A DNA stretch of 64,000 bases from positions 372,001 to 436,000 of the forward strand of contig LSRY02000031.1 in assembly GCA_001643675.2 (NCBI GenBank), in the 5' to 3' direction. Shown in pieces: positions 48,433 through 58,697 of the stretch; position 1 is the first letter of the stretch, and each line of letters begins with the position of its first letter. The notes beneath the pieces were generated by a model. That model searched no databases. It had not been told where the DNA came from and worked only from the letters and a program-made list of their open reading frames with translations. Origin of the DNA: Monocercomonoides exilis PA203. Lineage: Eukaryota > Protista > Preaxostyla. The translations under genes and the position numbers were made by a program.

Positions 48433-50361
48433 ATGGAGGAAGATTCAAGCGAAAGTGGAAGTTTATTGCTTCAAAAATCAAAAATTTTGGAGAAATTAAC
48501 TGAAAATCTCGATCATGATATGGCAATTAGAATATTTACTGAATTGGAATCGCTAAACCCGGAAAATATTCCAATCATGCTGAAATATTTACAAGAGTTG
48601 CTTTTTAGATATTATCCGAAATACTCAACGTCCAGAGGATTACAATTGTTTGTTAATTTCAAAAAATCAAGAATAGATGAATTAATTAAGATGGCAGATA
48701 AAGAATTGAAAGAAAGAGGAAGACCTTGTGCTATGTCAAAAGAAAAGGAGGAGGAGCTGATAAACCTTTGTATTGATAAATATCATCAAGGAAATCCTTT
48801 TACAATATCATCTTTACAGACTTACATCAATTTGACTTATAATTTAAATATTTCTTACTCCTTTGTTCGACATTTTCTGTTCACTCATTGCGACAAATTG
48901 AAGAAAAGAACAGCAAGACCCATTGAATTGAAGAGAAAAAATGTCAAACAATCACAAGGAAAAAAATATGTGATAGAATTGCAAAAAGTTCTAAATAATG
49001 TTGAACCACAATTTGTTTTCTGCATGGATGAAACTGGGATACAAGAATATGTAGATGCAAAAAAAAAGAAAGTCATTTGCCCAAAAGAAGTCGATGATAA
49101 GAATGTGACATACACAGTTGTTAGAGATGGGAAACTGGTCACATTGATTGGGTGCATTCCTCTTATTGGTCCTTCAGTTGTTCCTATGCTTATAATAAAA
49201 ACTGCTACTGTTCAATCTTTAATATTTGGAGATTTAATTGATGGAGTGGATGTTGTTATCAAAAACTCATCCAAGGGTTACTGTACTTCACAAATCTTTT
49301 TAGAATGGCTTCATATTTGTTTTATTCCGCATATTAATAGGCTGAAGGATGAACCAAACAAAAAAACGGTTCTTATTGCAGACGGGTTTAAAGCACATTC
49401 AAGCGACGAAGCTCTTCGTGTTATGGAATTAAACAAGATATGTATTATTTTTATTCCACCGCATTCTTCACATTTATTTCCACCGTTGGATTTGGTCACA
49501 TTCTCAAATCTGAAAAATAATTTAAAAAAGTTGCGATCTTTATTCCCATCAAGGCAGCAGGCGCATGTCCTTGCCGGTATTGTTAAAAGCTATCAATTAT
49601 GTACAATTCCATTCACAAACAGATCAGCATTTCGCAGAGCAGGAATCACATTGAAAAATGAAGATGGAAAGCAAAAAGTTATAGTGGATCAGTTTCGAAT
49701 GGCTCAACATATAGAAATAATGTCTAAGGACGAAAATCCATTTCAGTCAATAAAAGATAAAAAAGATGAAAATGAAGAGATCAAGAAACAAGATGAAGAA
49801 AAGAAAGATAATAATGAAGATGAAAAAGGAGATGAAAAAGAAGAAAAGAAAGATGAAGAAAAGAAAGATGAAGAAAAGAAAGATGAAGAAAACGAAGAAG
49901 AAATGAAATTTTGGAAGGAATGGATACATGATCATCCAGCATATGTTGTTGAAATGTTACTAAAAAAGAGAGATAAGATTCAAAAACGAGTGAAAGATTT
50001 GGAGAAAATTAACAAAAGAAATTGCATTTCAAAAAAAGAAATAGAAAAAGATTCATCACAAGAGGAGGATGATGATGAATGTATTTTTCGTGTGAAAAGA
50101 AAAAAGAAAGCTGATTCTTCTGATAGTTATATTAAAGGATTGAGAACAAAGCATTTCAAAAAGTCAGAAAGTGATTCAGATAATGTTCAAATAAAAAAAC
50201 AAATTCGAAGAACGAGATCTGTAAAAACGCAGAAGAGAATAAATATGTACAGTTATGATGATTCTTTTTCTGAATCAAGCAGTTTTTATGATAGATCCAC
50301 AACTGTGAATAGTGAAGACTCCTCGGTTGAATATTCTCCTTCTTCCTTAGAACATGAATAA
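48433..50361 (+). CDS. pogo/CENP-B-type DD35D transposase (~642 aa)
   Basis: First ATG at 48433; RGRP + HTH region; CMDETG, IADGFKAH and PPHSSHLFPPLD (35-aa spacing); charged C-terminal tail. Confidence 0.92.
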   Translation: MEEDSSESGSLLLQKSKILEKLTENLDHDMAIRIFTELESLNPENIPIMLKYLQELLFRYYPKYSTSRGLQLFVNFKKSRIDELIKMADKELKERGRPCAMSKEKEEELINLCIDKYHQGNPFTISSLQTYINLTYNLNISYSFVRHFLFTHCDKLKKRTARPIELKRKNVKQSQGKKYVIELQKVLNNVEPQFVFCMDETGIQEYVDAKKKKVICPKEVDDKNVTYTVVRDGKLVTLIGCIPLIGPSVVPMLIIKTATVQSLIFGDLIDGVDVVIKNSSKGYCTSQIFLEWLHICFIPHINRLKDEPNKKTVLIADGFKAHSSDEALRVMELNKICIIFIPPHSSHLFPPLDLVTFSNLKNNLKKLRSLFPSRQQAHVLAGIVKSYQLCTIPFTNRSAFRRAGITLKNEDGKQKVIVDQFRMAQHIEIMSKDENPFQSIKDKKDENEEIKKQDEEKKDNNEDEKGDEKEEKKDEEKKDEEKKDEENEEEMKFWKEWIHDHPAYVVEMLLKKRDKIQKRVKDLEKINKRNCISKKEIEKDSSQEEDDDECIFRVKRKKKADSSDSYIKGLRTKHFKKSESDSDNVQIKKQIRRTRSVKTQKRINMYSYDDSFSESSSFYDRSTTVNSEDSSVEYSPSSLEHE

Positions 50362-50649
50362 AGCAACACAAGCTGCTGTCTTCAAAAAATTTTTTCTTTC
50401 GAATATCAAACACTTCAAATAAAGAACACAATCAAATTTTTCTGTTCAATTGTTTTTTCAGTTAAATAATATTCATTGTTATATTTTATTCTTTTCTTTT
50501 ACATATTTTTAACAATTTCAAACTTGTTCGATTATTAATTAAAGTTAAAAGAAAAAAGTTCGAGTCTTATACACACAACGAAACTTTTTATCTGAAAGAA
50601 TCATGAAAGAAATACGTTTTCCAGTGAATATGTTTGTTTCAACAATCTT

Positions 50650-51400
50650 TTGTTTTTCAATTTTTCTCGAAAAATGTGAATGGATTTAGACTTCCCAACC
50701 TCAACAGCCCATCCACTTCCCTCTCAACCTTTAACACTTCTTTCCTCCGCCAAGCACACTCTTCTGAAAATGCTTCTGAAAAACATGTTGGAACAGAAGC
50801 CGACAGAAAGAAACCAGGAAGACAAACTGCATTTTATATGAACAGTCATCGCTTTGAATGGTGCGAATGGAACGATTCAAAGGGTGGAAATGATTATGGA
50901 GGTGCACTAAAAGTTAACTGCACAAACGAAAATTTCTCAATCTCTTTTTGTTCATTTGCGTTCGTTCAACTGCAGCTGTATGAAATGGAGGATGGTTGTT
51001 TGTCAACGACTTTGTTTAACATAAACTTCACGAAGTCCAAAATGATTATCTCCTCTTCGCAACATAGTTGATCAACAGATTTATGGACTTTCCAATCTGA
51101 TTCATATTGAATGTTTCCGCAAAACAAAATTGAATGTTTTTCATAAACAAATCATTTAAGAAATATTTGGAATAAAAAGATTGATGAAATGAACCAAACC
51201 TCGTGTTCTTGTATCCCAAATTCTTCTTCATTGCAAATGCTGGTTGTAAATCTCCTGGATCATAAAATTTGCTTATTCTCGGTATTTCATACCAAGAATA
51301 TTTTCATTAGGATGAATACAGGAACATATACGATTATTTATGAAATTCATCAACATCTAAAGGTGGCACTGGGCTGCGTTGAACAAAAACCTTCGCGCAA
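50650..51400 (+). pseudogene. Captured fragment of a beta-helix surface-protein gene
   Basis: FNTSF...GRQTAF..HRFEWCEWNDSKGGNDYGGALKVNCTNENFSISFCSF resembles TH.NAEWIGCNASCGGALYVHDNSSATLTVENSSF of the 28288 protein; frameshifted further on. Confidence 0.55.
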
Positions 51401-54400
51401 TTGAGCAGAACAGAATTCCGTTCGTTTTTCTTCATTGGAAAAAATCAAGCACATTGCAAAACAAAGAGAAAGAAAAAGAAAAAAATTCTTCAAACGTGGA
51501 TGATAATTGACATATCCTTCATTGGAGAAGCAGCGACCAAGAAGAAAAACAATTACGTCCATCCTGATTAAATGAAGAAAAACTGAAAAACTGACATGAA
51601 TAATTAGATAATTAATTATTGGAAAACATCGCTTTCGCAAACACTCAATAATGATGTAACAAACGTTGAGTTCGTGGTTGGATTTTTGTTTCATAAGAAT
51701 TCAGCAAATAATCAGCATTGAGATTTTATTTTGTTCTTGTGAATTACAGAAACTTGAAAATAGATAAAATATCTGAAGGAGATACTCTTGAAATTAGTCA
51801 CAATCTTTGTCTGCTGATATTGAGCAAGCTGATATACATAATTGACTACACTTTAGAATTCATTTCATTTATCGATTCAAAGAACGAAAGAAAAACAAAT
51901 AGCAAATGTTTGCTTAGATAATATTAATAGTTTGAAACACACACACTCAAAACAAGAACAGCACATTTAAAGCTTCTGGATTTTCCCTGCACTTGAATCT
52001 TCAAATTCGTTTTATGTTTGCTCAGAACGCATCATTATTATGCTCTTCCAAATAGATAAAAGATTATTCTTTTCTCATGAACGTTCTTATCCAATTGTTT
52101 CTTGTATTTTAAAATTTAATATAATATTGTTGACCAGTGCTTTAACAAAACAAAAAAGTGAGATAATAATCTCTTTTGTGAGAAAAAGATTGATAAACTT
52201 TTTATTCAGTTATTGTTGAAACTAATAATGTTTATAATTTCGCATTGGTTAATTTTTTTGAAATAATTCTATGTTTTTTTGAATGTGATGTCAGATAACA
52301 TTTCGATAAAAAAGAGATAAAGATGTAAGGACAAAGGATTTTGAATTTTGTTAAAAGGTGAAAAATGTGAATAAGAAATAACATTTATTTAATATTTTAT
52401 TATATTTCTTGATATTTGATTTATGGTCCAATTGATCTTCACGAATCATGAAATGTGTTAATTTGCATTATTTCAATTTGGAAGAAAAAACGATAAAGAA
52501 CAGTCAAATGAATACATAGAAGGTTTGAAATTTGGATTGTTTTGTTATAATAACTGTTTCTTTTTGTCAATTGTGACACTTTGATTATTATTTCTAAAAA
52601 GCAAAAAGATGATCACTTCAAATTAATGTTTTCATAGTATTTGAGAAATTTTTAAAAGTTTGCAATACATACTCAAATGAAAATTATTATTTGTTTATTT
52701 TTCATTTTTTGTTAATCACAGTTATTTTAGGTTGTTGATCTTGTTCAATTTCAATGCGATCAATGTTCTTTTGATTGTTCAAAATTATATTCATTGCATA
52801 TTTTCTTGATGAAGTTGCTTTTGAACATATGATCCTTTCATTTTCGAAGTCTTTTTATTGATATCAGGAAGGATTGATTTTTTAATATTTTTGTTGAATA
52901 TCAAGTTGTAAGTTTTATTATTATGAGTACAAATGTGAATATACACATTTTTACTTGGACATTTTGCATTATTCGCATAATTATCTGTTTTAAGTTCTTG
53001 TTTCATTTCATTATCATAATAGAAAAATTATTTGATTTATCAATATTTAACTTGTATATTTTTGGATCAGGAATTTTTGAGTCACAATAATAAACAAAAA
53101 AGCAATTTAAAGATGAATTCATGAATAAGGAAATGAAAGGAAACAAAAATTGTTCTATGGTTTTCAATCAAAAGAAACTTATCTGAAATGAAAATATATA
53201 TGATTGTTGACTTTGAATATATAATAATATGCAGGTTCTTTTTTCAAAAATTGAAAGATTTTCAAAACCCTTAATAGTTAATGTTGTCCGGTATTTTTTG
53301 CGATGTCCGGTATTTTTTACACAAACTGTAATGTCAAATAATATTTTTTTTGAAAATTGTGAAAATCTAATTAACTATAATGAATTTTTCACTGACTTGC
53401 AAGCGGCAATGGGATTTTTGACACGTCACAAAAGTCACTGACGTCATTGACGTAACTTCCTGTCATCTATTTGAAAAAGTCAAAAGAATGAGCAAAAGAA
53501 TAAATTAAAAAATAAATATCAAAAGAAAGTCTCGTTTTTTTATTCTGATTCAACAACCATAAAATTTTCATATTAATTTCGATAATGAAACTATTTTTAT
53601 AAAAGAAACAATGACAAATCTGTAAAATCTTCTTCAACATACAATTTATCGTTTTTCACAATAACGCAAAAATTGGAATAAGAATATTGACTTGGTTTGA
53701 ATTATACAAAATATTTTTTTTGATTTAAAATTTTATTTGGAAAAATTCATTTTCAAAATGTTTAAAGATCTGGCTTGGAGTATATATGTCATCAATGTTA
53801 TCATTTGAAAATTCTGATCCATTTCAAATTACACCGCTTTACCACAGATGAATGTATTTCATCAAAGTATTGAAAAGCATAACACATATAAAAAAATGTT
53901 GATAACATATTTTCCTTTGATAATCTGCAAAGCAACACTCGCAGATCAGCAATGAGATGTTTGAACTGACATATGTAAAAACTCAGATTGATCAAAATTG
54001 TTGTTTGCAAAACATAAGTTTGATGATTTGAATGAGATAAAGGATTTTCACAAGAAACATTTCAATCCATTTTAATTTTAAACATTTTGAATATTTTTAT
54101 ATTTATCTTTCGGACAAATTGCAATTTATTTTCCCATCAGCATAGATATTTTTCTCCACATTTGTAGAATAGGTTTTTTTTTCATATTCTTTCATAACTT
54201 TTTATCATCAACTTTTATTTTTTTCGATCAGGTTTTATCCTATACCAATAACTCTCTTCTGAAGTTGTTTGAAATTTCAGTTATTGATGCGAAATAAATG
54301 AGGAGGTGAGATGAACACAAACTTGAAAAAGAAAAGAAGAAGATAACTCTTGAAATGACGAGAAAACGAGATATTATCCATTTTTTAACTAAAACTGACA

Positions 54401-54849
54401 TGCAGATAAGTTTTTGGAAGAAGATTTTTGCAGAAAAAATTCTAAAAATAGAAACATATAAAGGATTTGTCTATATTTTTCGATACACATTATTTTGGAA
54501 AAGCAAATTATTGACTGAACAGAATAGAAAAAGGCTTGAAAAGATTCCTTGTTTTCTATTTTGTGAAATAAAAAAAGTTTGAGTTCAAAATGAAAAATTT
54601 ATCTATTTATCACTTTTTAATAAAATGGTCAATAATAACAAACTTAAAATCAAAACCATCAATTTTTTTAATAATCAAGAATTTCATGAAACATAATGAT
54701 AACATCTTTAAATTTTTCTTTTTCATTATTTTTTAATATTTCCTTTTGGCTTTTTCCATTTCATAATCTGTATTTTCACATAATCTTCAAAAAAGTTTCA
54801 AAAAGAAATACAAACAATTCAATTCATTAACGTACAATTTTGTTATTTA

Positions 54850-55920
54850 GTGTTTATTATTGTGGTTTTTTAAAAACAGTGTCAGCCGAGCAACTCTTAA
54901 ACAAGTCTTCAACTTCAAAAGCTCTGCTATCCACAGTATTTCTCTGGGAATAAATGCATATGTAACTAATAACTCGGTGATCATCCTTCGCAACTCGAAA
55001 TACCTGAAAAACGCTGCAAATAAATCCAACTGATTCTTCATTCAACAATTTGCAATCGTGAAAAAATGCTCCAGAGTTTGGATCCATCTCATAATTATAA
55101 ACACTTCTTTTTCTCATTTCTCTCCTTTCCCCTCTTGTTTTTTCTTCCAATCCACACATCTTGTCAACTGTTCTAATTCTCTTGCTGCTTCTCTAGCAAA
55201 ATGCAGTTCATTCACGATTATGTCTTCCAAAGATCTGTCACAGGATAATCTGTTGATCAAAAACTCCCAAGCAGACTGACATGCAAGTTGTGTTAGATTG
55301 TGATGTTCCTGATGAAACAGGATAATCTCTTTGATTTCATTCTAACACAGTTCTTGCCTAAAAAACTAATTAGAAATTAGAAAATAACAACAATATCAAA
55401 AGGAAATAATAATGTTCATACATAAAATTTGATGTTGCTCAACGCAAGCAACGTCACTTCCGCTTCTTTTTGAGCTTCTTCGTTTTCCTCTTACCAAAAT
55501 GCAGCTTTTATAAAGCAAGGCACAATGATTGATATCAATTCATTAGGATTTTCTTATCATTCAGCAAAGCAAAACATTCACATAGATTGGTTAAATGCTT
55601 TTCATCTTTTTTCTTCTCATATTCATCAATTATCATCTCTTTCATTCTTTCGCTCAATGAAGAAAACCCAAAGCCTAAAACCCTCATATCTTACAAAACA
55701 ATGCAATATCCAACATGCTTCAACATAAAAATCGCATTTCCCATCGATAGTTTCTATTCTTTAATCATTTCATCCGTTTCATCGAACCATTTTTTTGCGA
55801 AGACAGATTTGAATTCTTCTTCATTCATTTCATCAATTATTTCATTCATTTCCTCCATTTTCTTTCTCTGTCCACCTTCATTGAAATGCTCCAATTCGCA
55901 AAACAATTCTTCAAAAAGAA
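54850..55920 (-). pseudogene. Captured copy of an expanded helical-repeat host gene family
   Basis: Manual translation gives LFCELEHFNEGGQRKKMEEMNEIIDEMNEEEFKSVF...LKHVGYC...EENEEAQKEAEVTLLALSNI, an intron (~55421-55360), then EIKEIILFHQEHHNLTQLACQSAWEFLINRL...ELHFAREAARELEQL, with several stops. Recalled as a large oxymonad hypothetical-protein family. Confidence 0.7.
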
Positions 55921-56739
55921 AAATAAATAATCAATGCAATAATCATGAAATACAAAATATCGACAGACACACTGAGATATTTTTTGATCAAATTCAATTT
56001 ATTTGTATTTTGAAATTGTCATTTCAATGAAACAGCACAATGTTTGTTGATCTTATTGAACAAACAAAAAATGAAAAGAAAATATTTTAAATGCTATTCA
56101 AACAAACAATATTCTAAACAATTTCAAAATTCACACAATTCCGTAAAGAAAATTGCATATTTCTTCGAATAATATAAAAAAAAACTTGCATTGTTATTTG
56201 AATCATGTTGTAATGGGATCTCATGATCATTCATTTAAAATCTCATAAATACTTTCTGAATGAACATTTTTTATAATAAAAATATTTCTGTTGTTCTTTT
56301 CCATTGAAAGCTTTTTTTTTTTTTTTTTTTTTTGTGAGTGGAAAACTGGTGACGGACATGACGGTGTTTTTTCTTCACGTCGCCCTGGCTTAATGAAAAT
56401 GCCTGAAGTGAAATATTTCGCCCCAAATAAGTTAGTATTGTTAAGATAGATTTGAAGGAAAATTATCAGAATTTTTCTTCTTGCGGTTATTGAGAAATCG
56501 ATCTTGTCCGGTATTTTTTGCACAAACTGTACATACAAAAAAATATTTCTATTGGATGAAATTTGAATAGGACATTTTAAATTGAATAAAGTCAGATCAT
56601 TCGAAAAAAAACTTTTTATTCACATTTCATCCATTGATTCACGATTAATGAGATCTGAACTATTGAATGAAACAACTATAAAATTACGGAGTCTTAAAAA
56701 ATAGAGTATCTCAGTTAATATTAGACACAACGTTATATT

Positions 56740-57830
56740 TCCATTTAGTTTATATCCACAAATCAAAAGTCACACATCAATTAGTGTTATAATTTTATAT
56801 TGACCTTTTTTCTTTATCTTGACCTTTTTCTTTTTTGTTATGCTTTCGGCTATACACAAGCCTGAGATAAATAAAAAATAACCTGAAATGTTTGAAATGT
56901 TTTAATTTCCTTGTTCTATATTTTTTTTTCAATATTTCTAGTTTTATAAAAAGATCGAGGATTATAATAATTTTTTGTTTTGATCATTGACTTGCTGCTT
57001 TTCCAGCGAATATTTTTTATAAGAAGTTTTAAGTTTTCATATCATAATGCATTGTTTCTTTTTTATAAGTTTAACTTGTTTTAAACTTTCTCAACTTGTT
57101 TTTTTATCATTTTTTCTCATTTCACACATATATTCAAAAAACACGATTTTAAGGACAAATATGAATTTGTTTTGAAATTTATTGAAATGACAAATAAACA
57201 TTATTAAAATAAAACGATTCTTGTATGTTTAGATGATTATTTGTTTGTATATGTTTGGTAATTAAAATAACAAAAAAATCATATGTACTTGCTTTTTTGT
57301 TAATATTCTTGAAAAGTTCCTTTTCATTTCAAAACTGAATACAAATAAACGATAATTAAGACTTTATTTATTTTTTTCGTTTTTATAAAATTTGACACAA
57401 ACACTTGTTTATAAAAAAAATCGTGTTTTAAGCAAAAATAGTGAAATGAGAAAAAAAGGTCAAAAATTAAATTGAAAATGTTAAAAACAAGTTAAAATAA
57501 TAAAATAGGAATGTGAAATTATGATGCTGTAGATTAAAACGTTCCGTATGAAATATTCGCTTCACAGCCAGCAAGTCTTTGATCTGGGTCCTAAAATAAT
57601 ACAAATTTTTGTTATTTTTTTATTCATAATAATTTCAAAAATTTTTTCAACAGAATTCTGAAAAACAAAAATATCAAGAAGTCTATTTATTTTGTTTTAT
57701 TTTTAAGCCTTTTAACAAATCAAAAAAGCAAAAATAAGTTTCAAAAAAATAGGGTTGAGATAAAAAATTGAGGTCAAGATAAAATATGCACCCTATCAAT
57801 GATTTTTCAATTCAAACGGAAAATAATAAT
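56740..57830. repeat. Old degenerate foldback (inverted repeat) element
   Basis: 56982 GATCATTGACTTGCTG..AGCGAATATTT pairs with ~57551-57584; 57110 TTTTTCTCATTTCAC..AAAACACGATTTT pairs with ~57417-57455; TTTATCTTGACCT (~56813) pairs with ~57771-57783. Centre ~57280. Confidence 0.65.
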
Positions 57831-57984
57831 AAATAAAAACTGAAGAAACAATATTTAAAAAAGGAGCTTAAGATTGTAAAAATTGTAAAAATGTCATGAA
57901 ATGTACAGGAATTAAAAAATAGCTTTACAAAACAATTTTGAGTTAAAGATCATGAAGTGAAGCTTTTATGAAAAATTAAAGAAA

Positions 57985-58498
57985 TTATTGGGAAAGCATT
58001 GGGACAAAACCCAAAGATGTACATTCTCCAACAAGCGTTGGATCTTTTGTTCGAGGTGGGCCCAGAATTTTACACATTGTTTTGCTGAAGATAAACAAAT
58101 ACAATAAACAAATGTTTCATATGTGGATTCAGCATTGTGAATAAAAATTTAAATCTCAGAAGGAGAGCAAACCTGATAACATTTAATTGAATTAACTTTC
58201 CTGACAGTTCGAATTTGTAAACAGTAGGTTGAGAAAATATTGAAAGTTGTCTTTTAACTTCTTGAGTGAGTTCTTCCGCATGCTCTCTGCAATGTCTTTC
58301 AAGTAAATCTCTTTCCACTTCTCTAGGTAATTTTTCAGGTAAGGTTTGATTTGTTTTATATTCAGGTGTTTTTTCGTATTCCATTACCCAAGTTTGATAA
58401 GCAGAAGATTGTAAAAGTTCTTCAACACGATATGACGAGCGACCATATGGATATGCAGCTTTATCAAAATGTTTTTGTTTGCTTGAGCTTGTCCCCAT
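57985..58498 (-). CDS. Small hypothetical protein (~141 aa) with an N-myristoylation-type start
   Basis: Starts MGTSSSK; GT-AG intron 58172-58085 gives exon 2 SKTMCKILGPPRTKDPTLVGECTSLGFVPMLSQ* (TAA at 57987-57985). Confidence 0.7.
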
Positions 58499-58697
58499 GC
58501 AAAGAAGGTTTTACAATAAAAGAAAATATATCAAATATCAAAAAAGAAACATAAAATAATACCCTCTGATTGATCTGGTTCAATAAATTTTGTATACTCA
58601 AAAAAATTAGATGAAACATATATTAAAAATTACATTGAAAACACATCGCATCTGAATTAATATATATGTCCATAATTATATTATTATTAAATTTAAG
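58499..58697. promoter_or_regulatory. Probable bidirectional promoter
   Basis: 199-bp AT-rich spacer between head-to-head ATGs at 58498 (-) and 58698 (+). Confidence 0.45.

Larger units (their letters stand above)
48208..53328 (+). mobile_element. Inner, putatively autonomous pogo transposon (5121 bp)
   Basis: 45-bp TIRs (48208-48252, 53284-53328; 1 mismatch) with a doubled (G)CAAAAAATACCGGACA motif; TA flanks at 48206-07 and 53329-30; open transposase ORF. Confidence 0.92.
48086..56392. mobile_element. Middle non-autonomous element with 8-bp TSD (hAT-like), ~3.2 kb without the inner insert, carrying a host gene fragment
   Basis: TSD ATGAAAAT at 48078-48085 and 56393-56400; imperfect TIR TAACCCTGGGTGACGT vs TAAGCCAGGGCGACGT (13/16); TGACG clusters near the ends; the empty site matches paralogous repeats at ~40125 and ~41050. 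Confidence 0.72.
47583..56529. mobile_element. Outer pogo-type MITE (~632 bp once inserts are removed), hosting nested elements
   Basis: 75-bp TIRs 47583-47657 and 56455-56529 (2 mismatches), starting CAGTTTGTGCAAAAAATACCGGACAAGATCG; TA flanks at 47581-82 and 56530-31. Confidence 0.88.

Noticed and set aside
48085-56393. piggyBac interpretation of the middle element (TTAA|CCCT...|TTAA)
   Set aside because: Excising at TTAA leaves ATGAAAA duplicated, which the paralogous uninterrupted repeats lack; the 8-bp TSD model restores the paralog sequence. Disfavoured, not fully excluded.
58001-58012. GGGACAAAACCC match to the 36.5-kb pogo TIR
   Set aside because: A 12-bp match inside a coding exon, with no terminal TAGTC or partner end; likely chance.
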